A DNA stretch of 64,000 bases, from the NCBI GenBank assembly GCA_963834385.1, contig CAWIBO010000002.1, positions 1,120,001 to 1,184,000 on the forward strand, in the 5' to 3' direction. A program made the translations under genes and the position numbers. Every line of letters starts with the position of its first letter. Position 1 is the stretch's first letter. This DNA is from an uncultured Verrucomicrobiae bacterium (GTDB lineage Bacteria; Verrucomicrobiota; Verrucomicrobiia; Chthoniobacterales; UBA10450). Positions 44,334 to 54,315 of this stretch are shown here, piece by piece. The notes below the pieces were generated by a model. It was not told where the DNA came from and ran no database searches. It was given only the letters and a program-made list of their open reading frames with translations.

Positions 44334-46445
44334 TTGAAACGAAAAACCGCACTTTTACTGGCCCTGGCCGCCGGTCTCGAGACCGTGCCGGCACAGGACG
44401 CCGTCTCGCCACCGCCCGCGCCGCATGAACGGGTCGTGGTCAGCACCACGCCCCTCGGGGGCGATCCCTTTGAGCAGACCCAATCAGTCACCATCCTCAC
44501 CGAGGAGGAGTTGAAGCTCCGGCTCGAGCCGACGCTTGGTGAAACGCTCCGGCAGGAGCCGGGCCTGAGTTCGACCTACTTCGGGCCCGGGGCCAGTCGC
44601 CCGGTGATCCGCGGCCTGGGCGAAGATCGGATCCGGGTTTTGCAGAACGGCCTGACCACCATCGATGTCTCGAACGTCAGCCCTGATCACGCGGTCACCG
44701 CGGAACCGCTGACGATCAAAGTGATCGACGTGGTGCGCGGTCCGGCGACGCTGCTTTACGGTCCAAACACGGTCGGCGGCGTGGTCAACGTGATCGATAA
44801 CCGCGTGCCGAGCGAAACGCTGGCGCGCCCGATCGAGGGGCGCCTGGAGGGACGCGGGGCCACGGCGGACGCGCTCCGTTCCGGCGCCGGCCTGGTGGAG
44901 TTCCAGCTCGGGGCGGTGGTGGTGCACCTCGACGGTTTCCTGCGTGAGACCGAGGATGTCGCGATCCCGGGCTTTGCCCGTTCCGCGCGTCTGCGCCGCG
45001 CCATGCCGCTGCCGCCGGGCGAGCGTGAACCGTTTGGCGAACTGCCGAATAGTTTCACGGAGACGGAAGGGGGCGCGATGGGCGCTTCCTACGTCGGCGC
45101 GCACGGCTATCACGGCGCCTCCTTTGCCCTGACCGACTCGCGCTACGGGACGGTGGCCGAAAAGGATGTCACCATCGAGCTCGAGCAGAAGCGCTGGGAC
45201 GTTCGCGGCGCCGTTTATCATCCGACTGCCGGAATCAAGGCGATCAATTACAAGGCCAGCTACACCGATTACGAGCACATCGAGTTTGAGGGGGATGAGG
45301 TGGGGACGATGTTCGAGATCTCGGGTTTCGATGCCCGGCTCGAGCTGGTGCACGAGAAGGTGGGGATGCTGGAAGGCGTGTTTGGCTACCAGGGCCAACA
45401 GACCGCGTTCTCGGCCCTGGGCGCGGAGGCCTACCTGCCGCCGACCGATATCGGCCAGCACGCGCTTTTCCTGTTTGAAGAAATCACGTTTGATCAGGTG
45501 GAGCTTCAGTTCGGCGGCCGTTACGATCACCAGAGCAACGAGCGAAGCGCGAACCCGGCGTTCGGTCCGGCGCTGACGCGTGATTTCCATGCGTTCAGCA
45601 CCTCGGCCGGGTTGCTCTACGCGCCCATCGATCCTTACACGATTGCCTTTTCGGTCTCCTACAGTCAGCGCCCGCCAACCTACGTCGAGCTGTTCGCCCA
45701 GGGTCCGCACATCGCCACCAACGCCTTCGAAATTGGCGATCCCGGCCTGGGGAAGGAAAACTCCCTCGCCTTCGACCTGTCGTTCCGAAAAAGAAGCGGC
45801 CGGGTCACCGGGGCGATCAACTTCTTCTTCTATGACTTCGATGGATTCATCACCGCGGAACCGACGGGGGACTTTTCCCAGCCTGAGGAGGAGGGCGAAG
45901 AGGGTCTGCCGATTTTTGAGTATCGCGCGGTCGATGCTTTTTTTGCCGGCGGCGAAGTTGATCTCGTCATCCATTTGCTCGAGCCGCGCGCTGCCACCGA
46001 GACGACGATGCCCTCCGGAAAAGAAGGCAAGGGCGTGGTTCCGCAAAGCACGCCGGCTTTCCGGCACGATCTCCATCTCGACCTGAAGACGGATTATGTT
46101 TTCACGAGGAACCGCGACGCCGGCCGGTCGCTTCCGCGCATCCCGCCTTTTCGGACGAGTGCGGCCCTCGTCTACGAGTATGACCAGCGCCTGAGCGCCC
46201 GCGTGGAGGGCCAGTATGTGCACGGGCAGGACCGGACTGCGCGCTTCGAGCTGCCGACGGACGAATATTTCCTGCTCGGCGCGAGCGCCGGTTATCGCGT
46301 TCCGGTGGGGCCGGTGGAACTCGATTTCTACGTGAAAGGAACGAACCTCACGAACGAAGATGCCCGCCTGCATACCTCGTTTTTGAAGGAGATCGCGCCG
46401 CTCGCCGGCCGCGGAGTGCTTTTCGGCGTGCGCGCCACGTTCTAA
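44334..46445 (+). CDS. TonB-dependent receptor, ZnuD-like (metal uptake)
   Basis: SRPVIRG, DVSNVSPDHAV plug, VVRGPATLLYG, LFAQGPHIAT, HTSFLK, C-terminal RATF; TTG start. Confidence 0.88.
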   Translation: MKRKTALLLALAAGLETVPAQDAVSPPPAPHERVVVSTTPLGGDPFEQTQSVTILTEEELKLRLEPTLGETLRQEPGLSSTYFGPGASRPVIRGLGEDRIRVLQNGLTTIDVSNVSPDHAVTAEPLTIKVIDVVRGPATLLYGPNTVGGVVNVIDNRVPSETLARPIEGRLEGRGATADALRSGAGLVEFQLGAVVVHLDGFLRETEDVAIPGFARSARLRRAMPLPPGEREPFGELPNSFTETEGGAMGASYVGAHGYHGASFALTDSRYGTVAEKDVTIELEQKRWDVRGAVYHPTAGIKAINYKASYTDYEHIEFEGDEVGTMFEISGFDARLELVHEKVGMLEGVFGYQGQQTAFSALGAEAYLPPTDIGQHALFLFEEITFDQVELQFGGRYDHQSNERSANPAFGPALTRDFHAFSTSAGLLYAPIDPYTIAFSVSYSQRPPTYVELFAQGPHIATNAFEIGDPGLGKENSLAFDLSFRKRSGRVTGAINFFFYDFDGFITAEPTGDFSQPEEEGEEGLPIFEYRAVDAFFAGGEVDLVIHLLEPRAATETTMPSGKEGKGVVPQSTPAFRHDLHLDLKTDYVFTRNRDAGRSLPRIPPFRTSAALVYEYDQRLSARVEGQYVHGQDRTARFELPTDEYFLLGASAGYRVPVGPVELDFYVKGTNLTNEDARLHTSFLKEIAPLAGRGVLFGVRATF

Positions 46446-46455
46446 GCTCCCCCAC

Positions 46456-47751
46456 GTGCATTCATTCCATTACCAGGAGGGCCGCCTGTTCTGCGAAAAC
46501 GTAGATCTTGAGGAGGTCGCCCGCAGTCATGGCACCCCGCTCTATGTCTATAGCGCGGCCACGATGCGCGACCATTATCGCCGGCTCGACCAGGCCCTGG
46601 GCGGGCTCGATCACCTGATCTGTTATGCGGTCAAGGCCAACTCGAACCTGGCGGTCCTGCGGGTGCTGATCGAAGAGGGCGCGGGCTTCGACATTGTTTC
46701 CGGGGGCGAGCTCTTCCGCGTCCTGCGCGCCGGCGGGAAGGCGGAATCGTGCACCTTCGCAGGAGTGGCCAAATCGGACGCCGAGATCGCGTATGCGCTC
46801 GAGGAAGGCGTTTTCTGCTTCAACGTCGAAAGCGAGGCCGAGCTGCACCAGATCAACCGTCTGGCCGGGGAAAAGCGGGTGCGGGCTTCCATCGCCCTGC
46901 GGGTGAACCCGAACGTCGAAGCCGGAACGCACAAGTACATCGCCACCGGCCAAAGCGAGAACAAGTTCGGCATCGCGCTGGACCAGGCGGCGGAATTCTA
47001 TGCCCGCGCCGCCCAGCTGCCGCATGTGCGGTTGCGCGGACTGCAAATGCATATCGGCTCGCAGATCACCGCCGCGCGCCCCTTTGCCGAGGCGATCGCC
47101 AAAGTGGCGCCGCTGGCGCGCGAATTGAAGGAGCGTTATGCGATCGAGTTCTTCAGCATCGGTGGGGGCATGGGGATCATCTACCGGCGCGCGCTCGAGA
47201 GCGGGAGCGGCCGGTGGTGGCACGAGCAGGGCGGCGAAGAATCAGTCTTCAGCGTGGCCGACTACGCCCGGGCCATCCTGCCTTCCCTGCAGACGCTCGG
47301 TCTGCGCGTGCTGCTCGAGCCCGGCCGCTTTCTCGTCGGCAACGCAGGCGTGCTGCTGACGCGCGTGCGCTTCATCAAGGACACCGCCCAGAAGAGATTT
47401 GTTATCGTCGATGCCGGCATGAACGACCTGATCCGGCCCGCGCTTTACCAAAGCTTTCACGAAATCGTCCCGGTCATCGAACCGGGGTCTGACCGGACGC
47501 AGCGGGTGGACGTGGTCGGGCCGGTCTGTGAAAGCGGCGATTTTTTCGCGCAGGACCGCCCGATGCCGCCGCTGGCCGAAGGCGATTTGCTCTCGATCAT
47601 GAGCGCCGGCGCCTACGGTTTTGTCATGGCCTCGAATTACAATTCGCGGCCGCTCCCGGCGGAGGTGCTGGTCGACGGCGCCACCCATCGCCTCGTGCGC
47701 CGCCGGCAGAACCTGGAAGACCTGGTCGCGGGAGAGATGGAGCCGGCATGA
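46456..47751 (+). CDS. lysA: Diaminopimelate decarboxylase
   Basis: YAVKANS, HIGSQI, EPGR, GPVCESGD, SNYNSR. Confidence 0.97.
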   Translation: MHSFHYQEGRLFCENVDLEEVARSHGTPLYVYSAATMRDHYRRLDQALGGLDHLICYAVKANSNLAVLRVLIEEGAGFDIVSGGELFRVLRAGGKAESCTFAGVAKSDAEIAYALEEGVFCFNVESEAELHQINRLAGEKRVRASIALRVNPNVEAGTHKYIATGQSENKFGIALDQAAEFYARAAQLPHVRLRGLQMHIGSQITAARPFAEAIAKVAPLARELKERYAIEFFSIGGGMGIIYRRALESGSGRWWHEQGGEESVFSVADYARAILPSLQTLGLRVLLEPGRFLVGNAGVLLTRVRFIKDTAQKRFVIVDAGMNDLIRPALYQSFHEIVPVIEPGSDRTQRVDVVGPVCESGDFFAQDRPMPPLAEGDLLSIMSAGAYGFVMASNYNSRPLPAEVLVDGATHRLVRRRQNLEDLVAGEMEPA

Positions 47752-49349
47752 ACCCCCGGGAGTTGGCGCGGTCCTGGGGATTCGTCGTGGGGCTTCTGCT
47801 CCTCGCCCTGGCCAGGATCTGGCTGGTGCACGAGCACGACTATTATCGGAGCGCGAATTTTTACGATGAGCTCTGTTACGTGCGTGCGGCAAAGAACTGG
47901 TATTGGTGGTCGCCCTACGACGCGACCGCCTTTGTCCGGCCGGCGGCCTATCCGCTCTGGATCACGTTCGTGCACAACACCCGCATCCCGTTTCGTCTCG
48001 CCGCGGAGTTGCTCTATCTCGGCGGACATCTCGTCCTGATCGCGGCGCTGCGGCGTTGCGGCCTGCCCCGGCTTTTTGCGCTGGTTGCCTTTGCCCTGGC
48101 CGTCTTTCATCCCATCAGCGCCAAGTACAACGATTACGTCCAATCGGATGCCTTTTATGCCGGGATCCTGCCGATCGTCCTGGCTGGTCTCATCTTTCTC
48201 CTGGCCCGGCGTCGCGTCTGGGACGCGGTCTGGACCGGCTTTTTCGTGGCCGTGCTTTGGAACATCCGGGAGGAAAGCATTCTGCTTCTTCCTCTTTTTC
48301 TTCTTTTCCTGGCCCTCTTTTTCGGGAGGGCTCTCTGGGAAAACCGCGGCCTTAAACCGGCGCTCCGCACCACGTGGCGTCCGATGGTGACGCTGGTCGG
48401 CGTGGCCGCAGGACTGGTCCTCCTGGTTTACAGCGTGAACTACCGCGTCTTTCATTCCTTCGCCAAGGCGGAGCTGCTTTCCCGTCCGGTCGCGGCAGCC
48501 TACCAGGCCCTGATGCAGATCCGCCCGAGCCAGCCCCAGCGGTTTGTGCCGATTTCAAAGGAGGCCCGGTTGATGGCCTACGAGGTTTCGCCCGCCTTCG
48601 CCAAACTGCGCCGTTATCTGGAGGGGAAGCCGGGCGCAGGCTGGGAATACCAGGCGCGCGTTCATCACGGTATCCATGGTGAGATCTCGGCCGGCTGGAC
48701 CATCTGGGCGCTGCGCGACGCGGCCGGCCGGGCCGGGCAGCACAAGACACCGGCCAAGGCGGCCAAATTTTACGGCAAGGTCGCGGGCGAGATCGAGCGG
48801 GCCTTTCGGCAGGGCCGGCTTCCGCAGCGCCAGCTCGTTTCCATGGCCCATATCCCGGCCCGGGAACTTCGTCCCGCCGACGCCTGGAAAGCCGTGGGAC
48901 GCGTGGCGGCGCTTTACGCCCACCCCTACCAGGTGAAAGCGGAGCGGGACGACAAGGCCCTGAGCAAGAAAGACCGAAAACTCTACCGCAAAATGCTTCG
49001 GGAATGGGGCGCCGTTCGTCTGCGCGGACCCGCCGAGCAGGCGGTGCAGGAGTTTTTCTCGCGCAATTATCGCTGGCTGATGGCGGGCCTCACCGGGCTC
49101 GCCCCGGTGATGCTGGCGGCGATCCTGGTCCACGCCCGGCGGGAGGACTGGTTTCGGCCCATGACGGGGGCCCTTCTGCTCCTGCTTTCGGCGGTGGCGG
49201 TGCGGTTCCTTTTCTTTGCCTACCTGGATGCCACCGCCTATCCGGCGGGGTTTGAGCCGCGTTATCAGTTCCCGGTCATTTCGCTTTATATTGTCTTTGT
49301 GGTGGCGGGTCTGGCCGAGGCGATTCGGCTGCTGCGCCGGGCGAAATAG
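47748..49349 (+). CDS. Polytopic membrane protein, probable GT-C glycosyltransferase
   Basis: YDE after TM1, RPAAYP, SDA, IREE, EPRY; many TM helices. Confidence 0.55.
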   Translation: MNPRELARSWGFVVGLLLLALARIWLVHEHDYYRSANFYDELCYVRAAKNWYWWSPYDATAFVRPAAYPLWITFVHNTRIPFRLAAELLYLGGHLVLIAALRRCGLPRLFALVAFALAVFHPISAKYNDYVQSDAFYAGILPIVLAGLIFLLARRRVWDAVWTGFFVAVLWNIREESILLLPLFLLFLALFFGRALWENRGLKPALRTTWRPMVTLVGVAAGLVLLVYSVNYRVFHSFAKAELLSRPVAAAYQALMQIRPSQPQRFVPISKEARLMAYEVSPAFAKLRRYLEGKPGAGWEYQARVHHGIHGEISAGWTIWALRDAAGRAGQHKTPAKAAKFYGKVAGEIERAFRQGRLPQRQLVSMAHIPARELRPADAWKAVGRVAALYAHPYQVKAERDDKALSKKDRKLYRKMLREWGAVRLRGPAEQAVQEFFSRNYRWLMAGLTGLAPVMLAAILVHARREDWFRPMTGALLLLLSAVAVRFLFFAYLDATAYPAGFEPRYQFPVISLYIVFVVAGLAEAIRLLRRAK

Positions 49350-49407
49350 CAGGCTGCAGCTTGCGGACTTCGCTCCGAGCATAAATAGTGCTCTTCGGTT
49401 TTCCCCC

Positions 49408-50121
49408 ATGAAACGCCTGTTCCTCCCTCTTTTCCTCATTCTCGGCCTGGCATTGTTTGTTCTCCCGGCGCGGGCCGCCTCGCCCATCGATACCGGCGAA
49501 TACATCATCCTGGTGGGCGGTCCCTCGTTGAAGCAGTGGGAAAAATACAAGGCGCGGCCGCACGATCATTGGTGGGCGAATTTCGTTCGCGCGGGCCGGA
49601 TCCGGACCGAGCAACTGCGGGCGCTGCATGGCGACCGGCTAAAGATCACCTGGCTGGTTTACAAAAAGGGCTACGTGGAACGCGCGGCGCAGGAAAACCA
49701 GGACCTGGTTTCTCACATTGAATCGGTGCGCGACAAATATGGTTTGAACCTGGTCTGGTTCGACAAGGGACGCGAGGTGATCAATTACCTTAACGCCGGG
49801 CAGCCGCGCGACCGGATGAAGGTGCTGGGCTTTGAGTTTTTCGGGCACTCAAACAAGGCCTGTTTCATGTTCGATTACTCGAATGCCACCGACAGCGCCT
49901 CGAAGTCATGGCTGCACGAGTCGCAGCTTACCCAGATCAATCGCCGGATCTTTGCCCGGGACGCCCACGTGAAAAGCTGGGGCTGCCATACCGGTGAAAG
50001 CATGTCGAAAAAATGGAAGACGGCCACGGGCACGACCATGTGGGGCGCCGTCGGCAAGACGCAGTATATGATGGAGGAACTTCCGTTTCTCTCCTCGACC
50101 AACGGCCGCTGGGCGCGCTGA
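49408..50121 (+). CDS. Secreted hypothetical protein with GH...GC motifs
   Basis: Signal peptide from ATG 49408; FFGHS and SWGCHTG. Confidence 0.7.
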   Translation: MKRLFLPLFLILGLALFVLPARAASPIDTGEYIILVGGPSLKQWEKYKARPHDHWWANFVRAGRIRTEQLRALHGDRLKITWLVYKKGYVERAAQENQDLVSHIESVRDKYGLNLVWFDKGREVINYLNAGQPRDRMKVLGFEFFGHSNKACFMFDYSNATDSASKSWLHESQLTQINRRIFARDAHVKSWGCHTGESMSKKWKTATGTTMWGAVGKTQYMMEELPFLSSTNGRWAR

Positions 50122-50192
50122 GCGCGGCGGGCCCGGGCGGTGCTGCACTCGGAGCTTGACGGCGGCGGGTCTTTCGGCCCAGAACGGCCTCC

Positions 50193-50663
50193 ATGCAGAT
50201 CTACATTGCTCGCAATGGACAGCGGCTGGGGCCGTACTCCGTCGAAGAAGTAAACCGGCAACTCGCCAGCGGCGCGATCTCCTCCAACGACCAGGCCTGG
50301 TACGAGGGCGCGGCGGCCTGGGCGCCGCTCACCAGCATCCCGGGCGTGATTTTGCCGGGCGCTACCGGGGGCGCGGTCGCCGCGGCCGGCGGAAGCGCAA
50401 TGCCGCCAACGGCGGCGCGCAACGAACCGCTTGCCGTCTGGGCGCTCGTCGCCGGCATTCTCGGCTTCTGCTGTATCCCGGCTTCCATCGCCGCGATCGT
50501 CCTGGGACACATGTCGTTGTCGCGCCTCGGCAAAACACCGGGACTCGGCGGGCGCGGCCTGGCCCTGACCGGGCTTGTCCTGGGCTATGTCTCGCTGGTG
50601 GCCAACATCGTCTGGCTCTTCTTCATGGGCGGGATGAGCATGCTCCAGGGAATGCAAAACTAA
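50193..50663 (+). CDS. GYF_2 (DUF4339) plus DUF4190 membrane protein
   Basis: RNGQRLGPYS..W.EG...W; AIVLGH..GRGLALTGLVLGY. Confidence 0.8.
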   Translation: MQIYIARNGQRLGPYSVEEVNRQLASGAISSNDQAWYEGAAAWAPLTSIPGVILPGATGGAVAAAGGSAMPPTAARNEPLAVWALVAGILGFCCIPASIAAIVLGHMSLSRLGKTPGLGGRGLALTGLVLGYVSLVANIVWLFFMGGMSMLQGMQN

Positions 50664-50681
50664 TAGGCACCTCCATTCCGG

Positions 50682-50721
50682 CAAAAGAGCCGCTCCGGGA
50701 CAACCCGGGCGGCTCTTTTTG
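50682..50721 (+). terminator. Intrinsic terminator
   Basis: aaaagagccg / cggctcttttt. Confidence 0.8.
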
Positions 50722-50775
50722 CTCGGGCCGAATCCTGTTTGCACTGCCGGGAAAAAGCGTTACCAAGACGGCCAC

Positions 50776-51270
50776 ATGAAAAACAGCATCCTGACCCTTC
50801 TTCTTTCCGTCGCCCTGGCCGCGACACTCCAGGCCGGCACGCACAAACTGCCGGAAGATGAGCCCTTTGTTTCTGTGACACTCCCGGAGAAGTGGGAAGT
50901 CTCTGAGATTGATAACGGCATCGAAGCGACCTCCGATGACGAGGAAGTCTATCTCGCGATCGAGACGACCGATGCGGATAACGTCGAGGCCATGATCGAT
51001 GAAGCGGTCGATTTCCTGGGCAAGGAAGGCGTGACCGTCGACGAGAAGTCGATGAAGAAAAACGAGGGCAAAATCAATGGGATGGAGTCGATCAACATCT
51101 CGTGGAGCGGCAACGACAAGGAAGGCCCTGCCGTGATTGCGCTGACCATCGTGGTGGTCGGCGATGACGAAGGCCTTCTCTTTACCTACTGGGCTTCCCC
51201 GGCAGGCGCGAAGAAACATGACAGCGCCCTGGACGCCATTGCCCAGAGCATCGAGAAGATCGACGGCTAG
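50776..51270 (+). CDS. Secreted acidic hypothetical protein
   Basis: Signal peptide MKNSILTLLLSVALAATLQA. Confidence 0.75.
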   Translation: MKNSILTLLLSVALAATLQAGTHKLPEDEPFVSVTLPEKWEVSEIDNGIEATSDDEEVYLAIETTDADNVEAMIDEAVDFLGKEGVTVDEKSMKKNEGKINGMESINISWSGNDKEGPAVIALTIVVVGDDEGLLFTYWASPAGAKKHDSALDAIAQSIEKIDG

Positions 51271-51291
51271 GCCGTCTCGTCCAGTCCCCGC

Positions 51292-51335
51292 AAAAGAACA
51301 CCCCCGTGCCTGCGGAGCAGGCCGGGGGTGCTTTC
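51292..51335. terminator. Bidirectional terminator between convergent genes
   Basis: cacccccg..gcctgc / gcaggc.cgggggtg flanked by A- and T-rich runs. Confidence 0.7.
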
Positions 51336-51394
51336 GTTTAATGCCGCTGGGAAACTCCGAAGGGCGAACCCGCTGCCGGGGCTTTGCTGGTGAC

Positions 51395-52650
51395 TTACTC
51401 TTCCCCGCCATCATCCCCGCCGTCATCGCCACCATCTCCCCGCCGTCATCGTCACCACCGTCGTCACCCCCATCATCATCGCCGCCATCGTCGTCGCCGC
51501 TGTCATCATCCCCGCTGGCGTCGTCCCCGGATTCGTCATCCCCGGCCTCTCCATCACCCTCGTCCTCGCCGTCGTTATCCCCGAGATCGTCATCGCCGTC
51601 CCCATCAAAGTCGCTGCCGGCATCGTCGGATTCATCATCCATGCTTGAATCGTCCTCCGCCGGTGCCACTTCTTCCGCCGCGACTTCCTCCTCCTCGGCG
51701 TCGGTCATCTCGAACGATTCGTCATCGACAAAGTTCCCGGCGTTTTCCATCTCCGCGTCGCTGATTTCCTCGGTGGCCTCCACCTCTTCGTCCGCTTCGA
51801 GTTCAACGGCGGTTTCCGTCTCGCTCCATTCGTAGCTGGTCTCGGTCACGAACTCGCTCTCGGTCGTTTCCCAGGTCTCGACGTAGGTGGTTACCTCCTG
51901 CCATTCGGTTCGCCACGCGCCCGGCACATAATACTGATAGCCGTAGGCGTAACCCTGCAGCTCATCGAGCAGGTAAAGCGCGGCCACCAGGCCGGCCACT
52001 GTCATCGGCGCGTTGGCAATCCGGTCGGCGCGGCGCTGCATTTCCTTCAGCGCGCGCAGCAGCGCCTTGTCCTTGGCGGCCTTCGCTTCCAGGGCCTTTA
52101 GCTGCGCCTGGAAACGCTTTTGCTCGGCCTTCATCTTCTCCAGCTGCGCCTTCTCCTTCGCGGAAAGGGGGCCTCCCTTTTTCTTCCGGGCCGCTTCCTT
52201 GGAAAAATCCGTCCGCAGAACCGTGAGGGCATCGCCCAGCTTCCGGGCGTGGCCGACCACCGCCTTGTTCGTCGATTTCGTCAGGTCCCATGCGATCTTC
52301 ATTTCCCGCATGGCGGTGCGCGCATCACCCACCGCGTCGAAAAAGTCATTGTTCTTCGCCGCCAGGCCTTTTTTGGCGCGCTCCAGGTTCTGCGCCACCT
52401 TTTTGGTCGCGGCCCAGAACGGTTTGTTCTTCGCGGTCTTCGCCTCCAGGGCCTTGTCGGCGCGCGCGGCTTTGATCATGAGCGCGAGCGATTTCTCGGC
52501 ATTGGTCAGGAGCTGGCCGGCCGTCATTTTCTTGCCGCTTTTCTTCCCGGCTGTTTTAGCTGGGGCCGGACTGGGCGCGGCGTGAAGTGACGGGAGGGCC
52601 GGCAACGTGGCGAAAACAACGGCGGTCAATAGAACAAAATGACGAAGCAT
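51395..52650 (-). CDS. Secreted protein with basic helical N-half and Asp/Glu-rich C-half (frameshift ~51437)
   Basis: Signal peptide, Lys/Ala-rich region, then GDDD repeats; restoring 1 nt continues GDDGG to TAA at 51395. Confidence 0.75.
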
Positions 52651-52708
52651 GGGCGAAGTCATGCCGGAGCCCAGCCGTGCCGCACAAGCGATTTTCGTTA
52701 CCGCGTCG

Positions 52709-52879
52709 TTAATCGGCGCTGGTGCCGTAAAAAACGCCGACCTCGCCATGGGCCTGCGTTGCCGGCGGCGCCTCGATCATGGCCGCGGCGCCGGTCGGCT
52801 TCTCCTCGGCCGGGATCACGCAGGCGGCCAACCCGAGAAGGCAGCCCGCCAGGCCCAGGCAACGGAAGAGCAATTTCAT
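52709..52879 (-). CDS. Small lipoprotein (56 aa, below ORF-track cutoff)
   Basis: MKLLFRCLGLAGCLLGLAAC lipobox; ends HGEVGVFYGTSAD. Confidence 0.6.
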   Translation of the reverse strand: MKLLFRCLGLAGCLLGLAACVIPAEEKPTGAAAMIEAPPATQAHGEVGVFYGTSAD

Positions 52880-52968
52880 AGCTCTTCCTCGCCCTTCCTT
52901 TCACGCGCTGCAACTCACGGAGGCGATGGCGTTGACACCGGATGACTTGCCGGTCAGTCTTTTCTGAC

Positions 52969-54315
<1,347 letters not shown>

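Noticed and set aside
50759..50775. Possible third Pho box (GTTAC..GGCCAC)
   Set aside because: Second half-site is poor and the downstream gene has no phosphate link.
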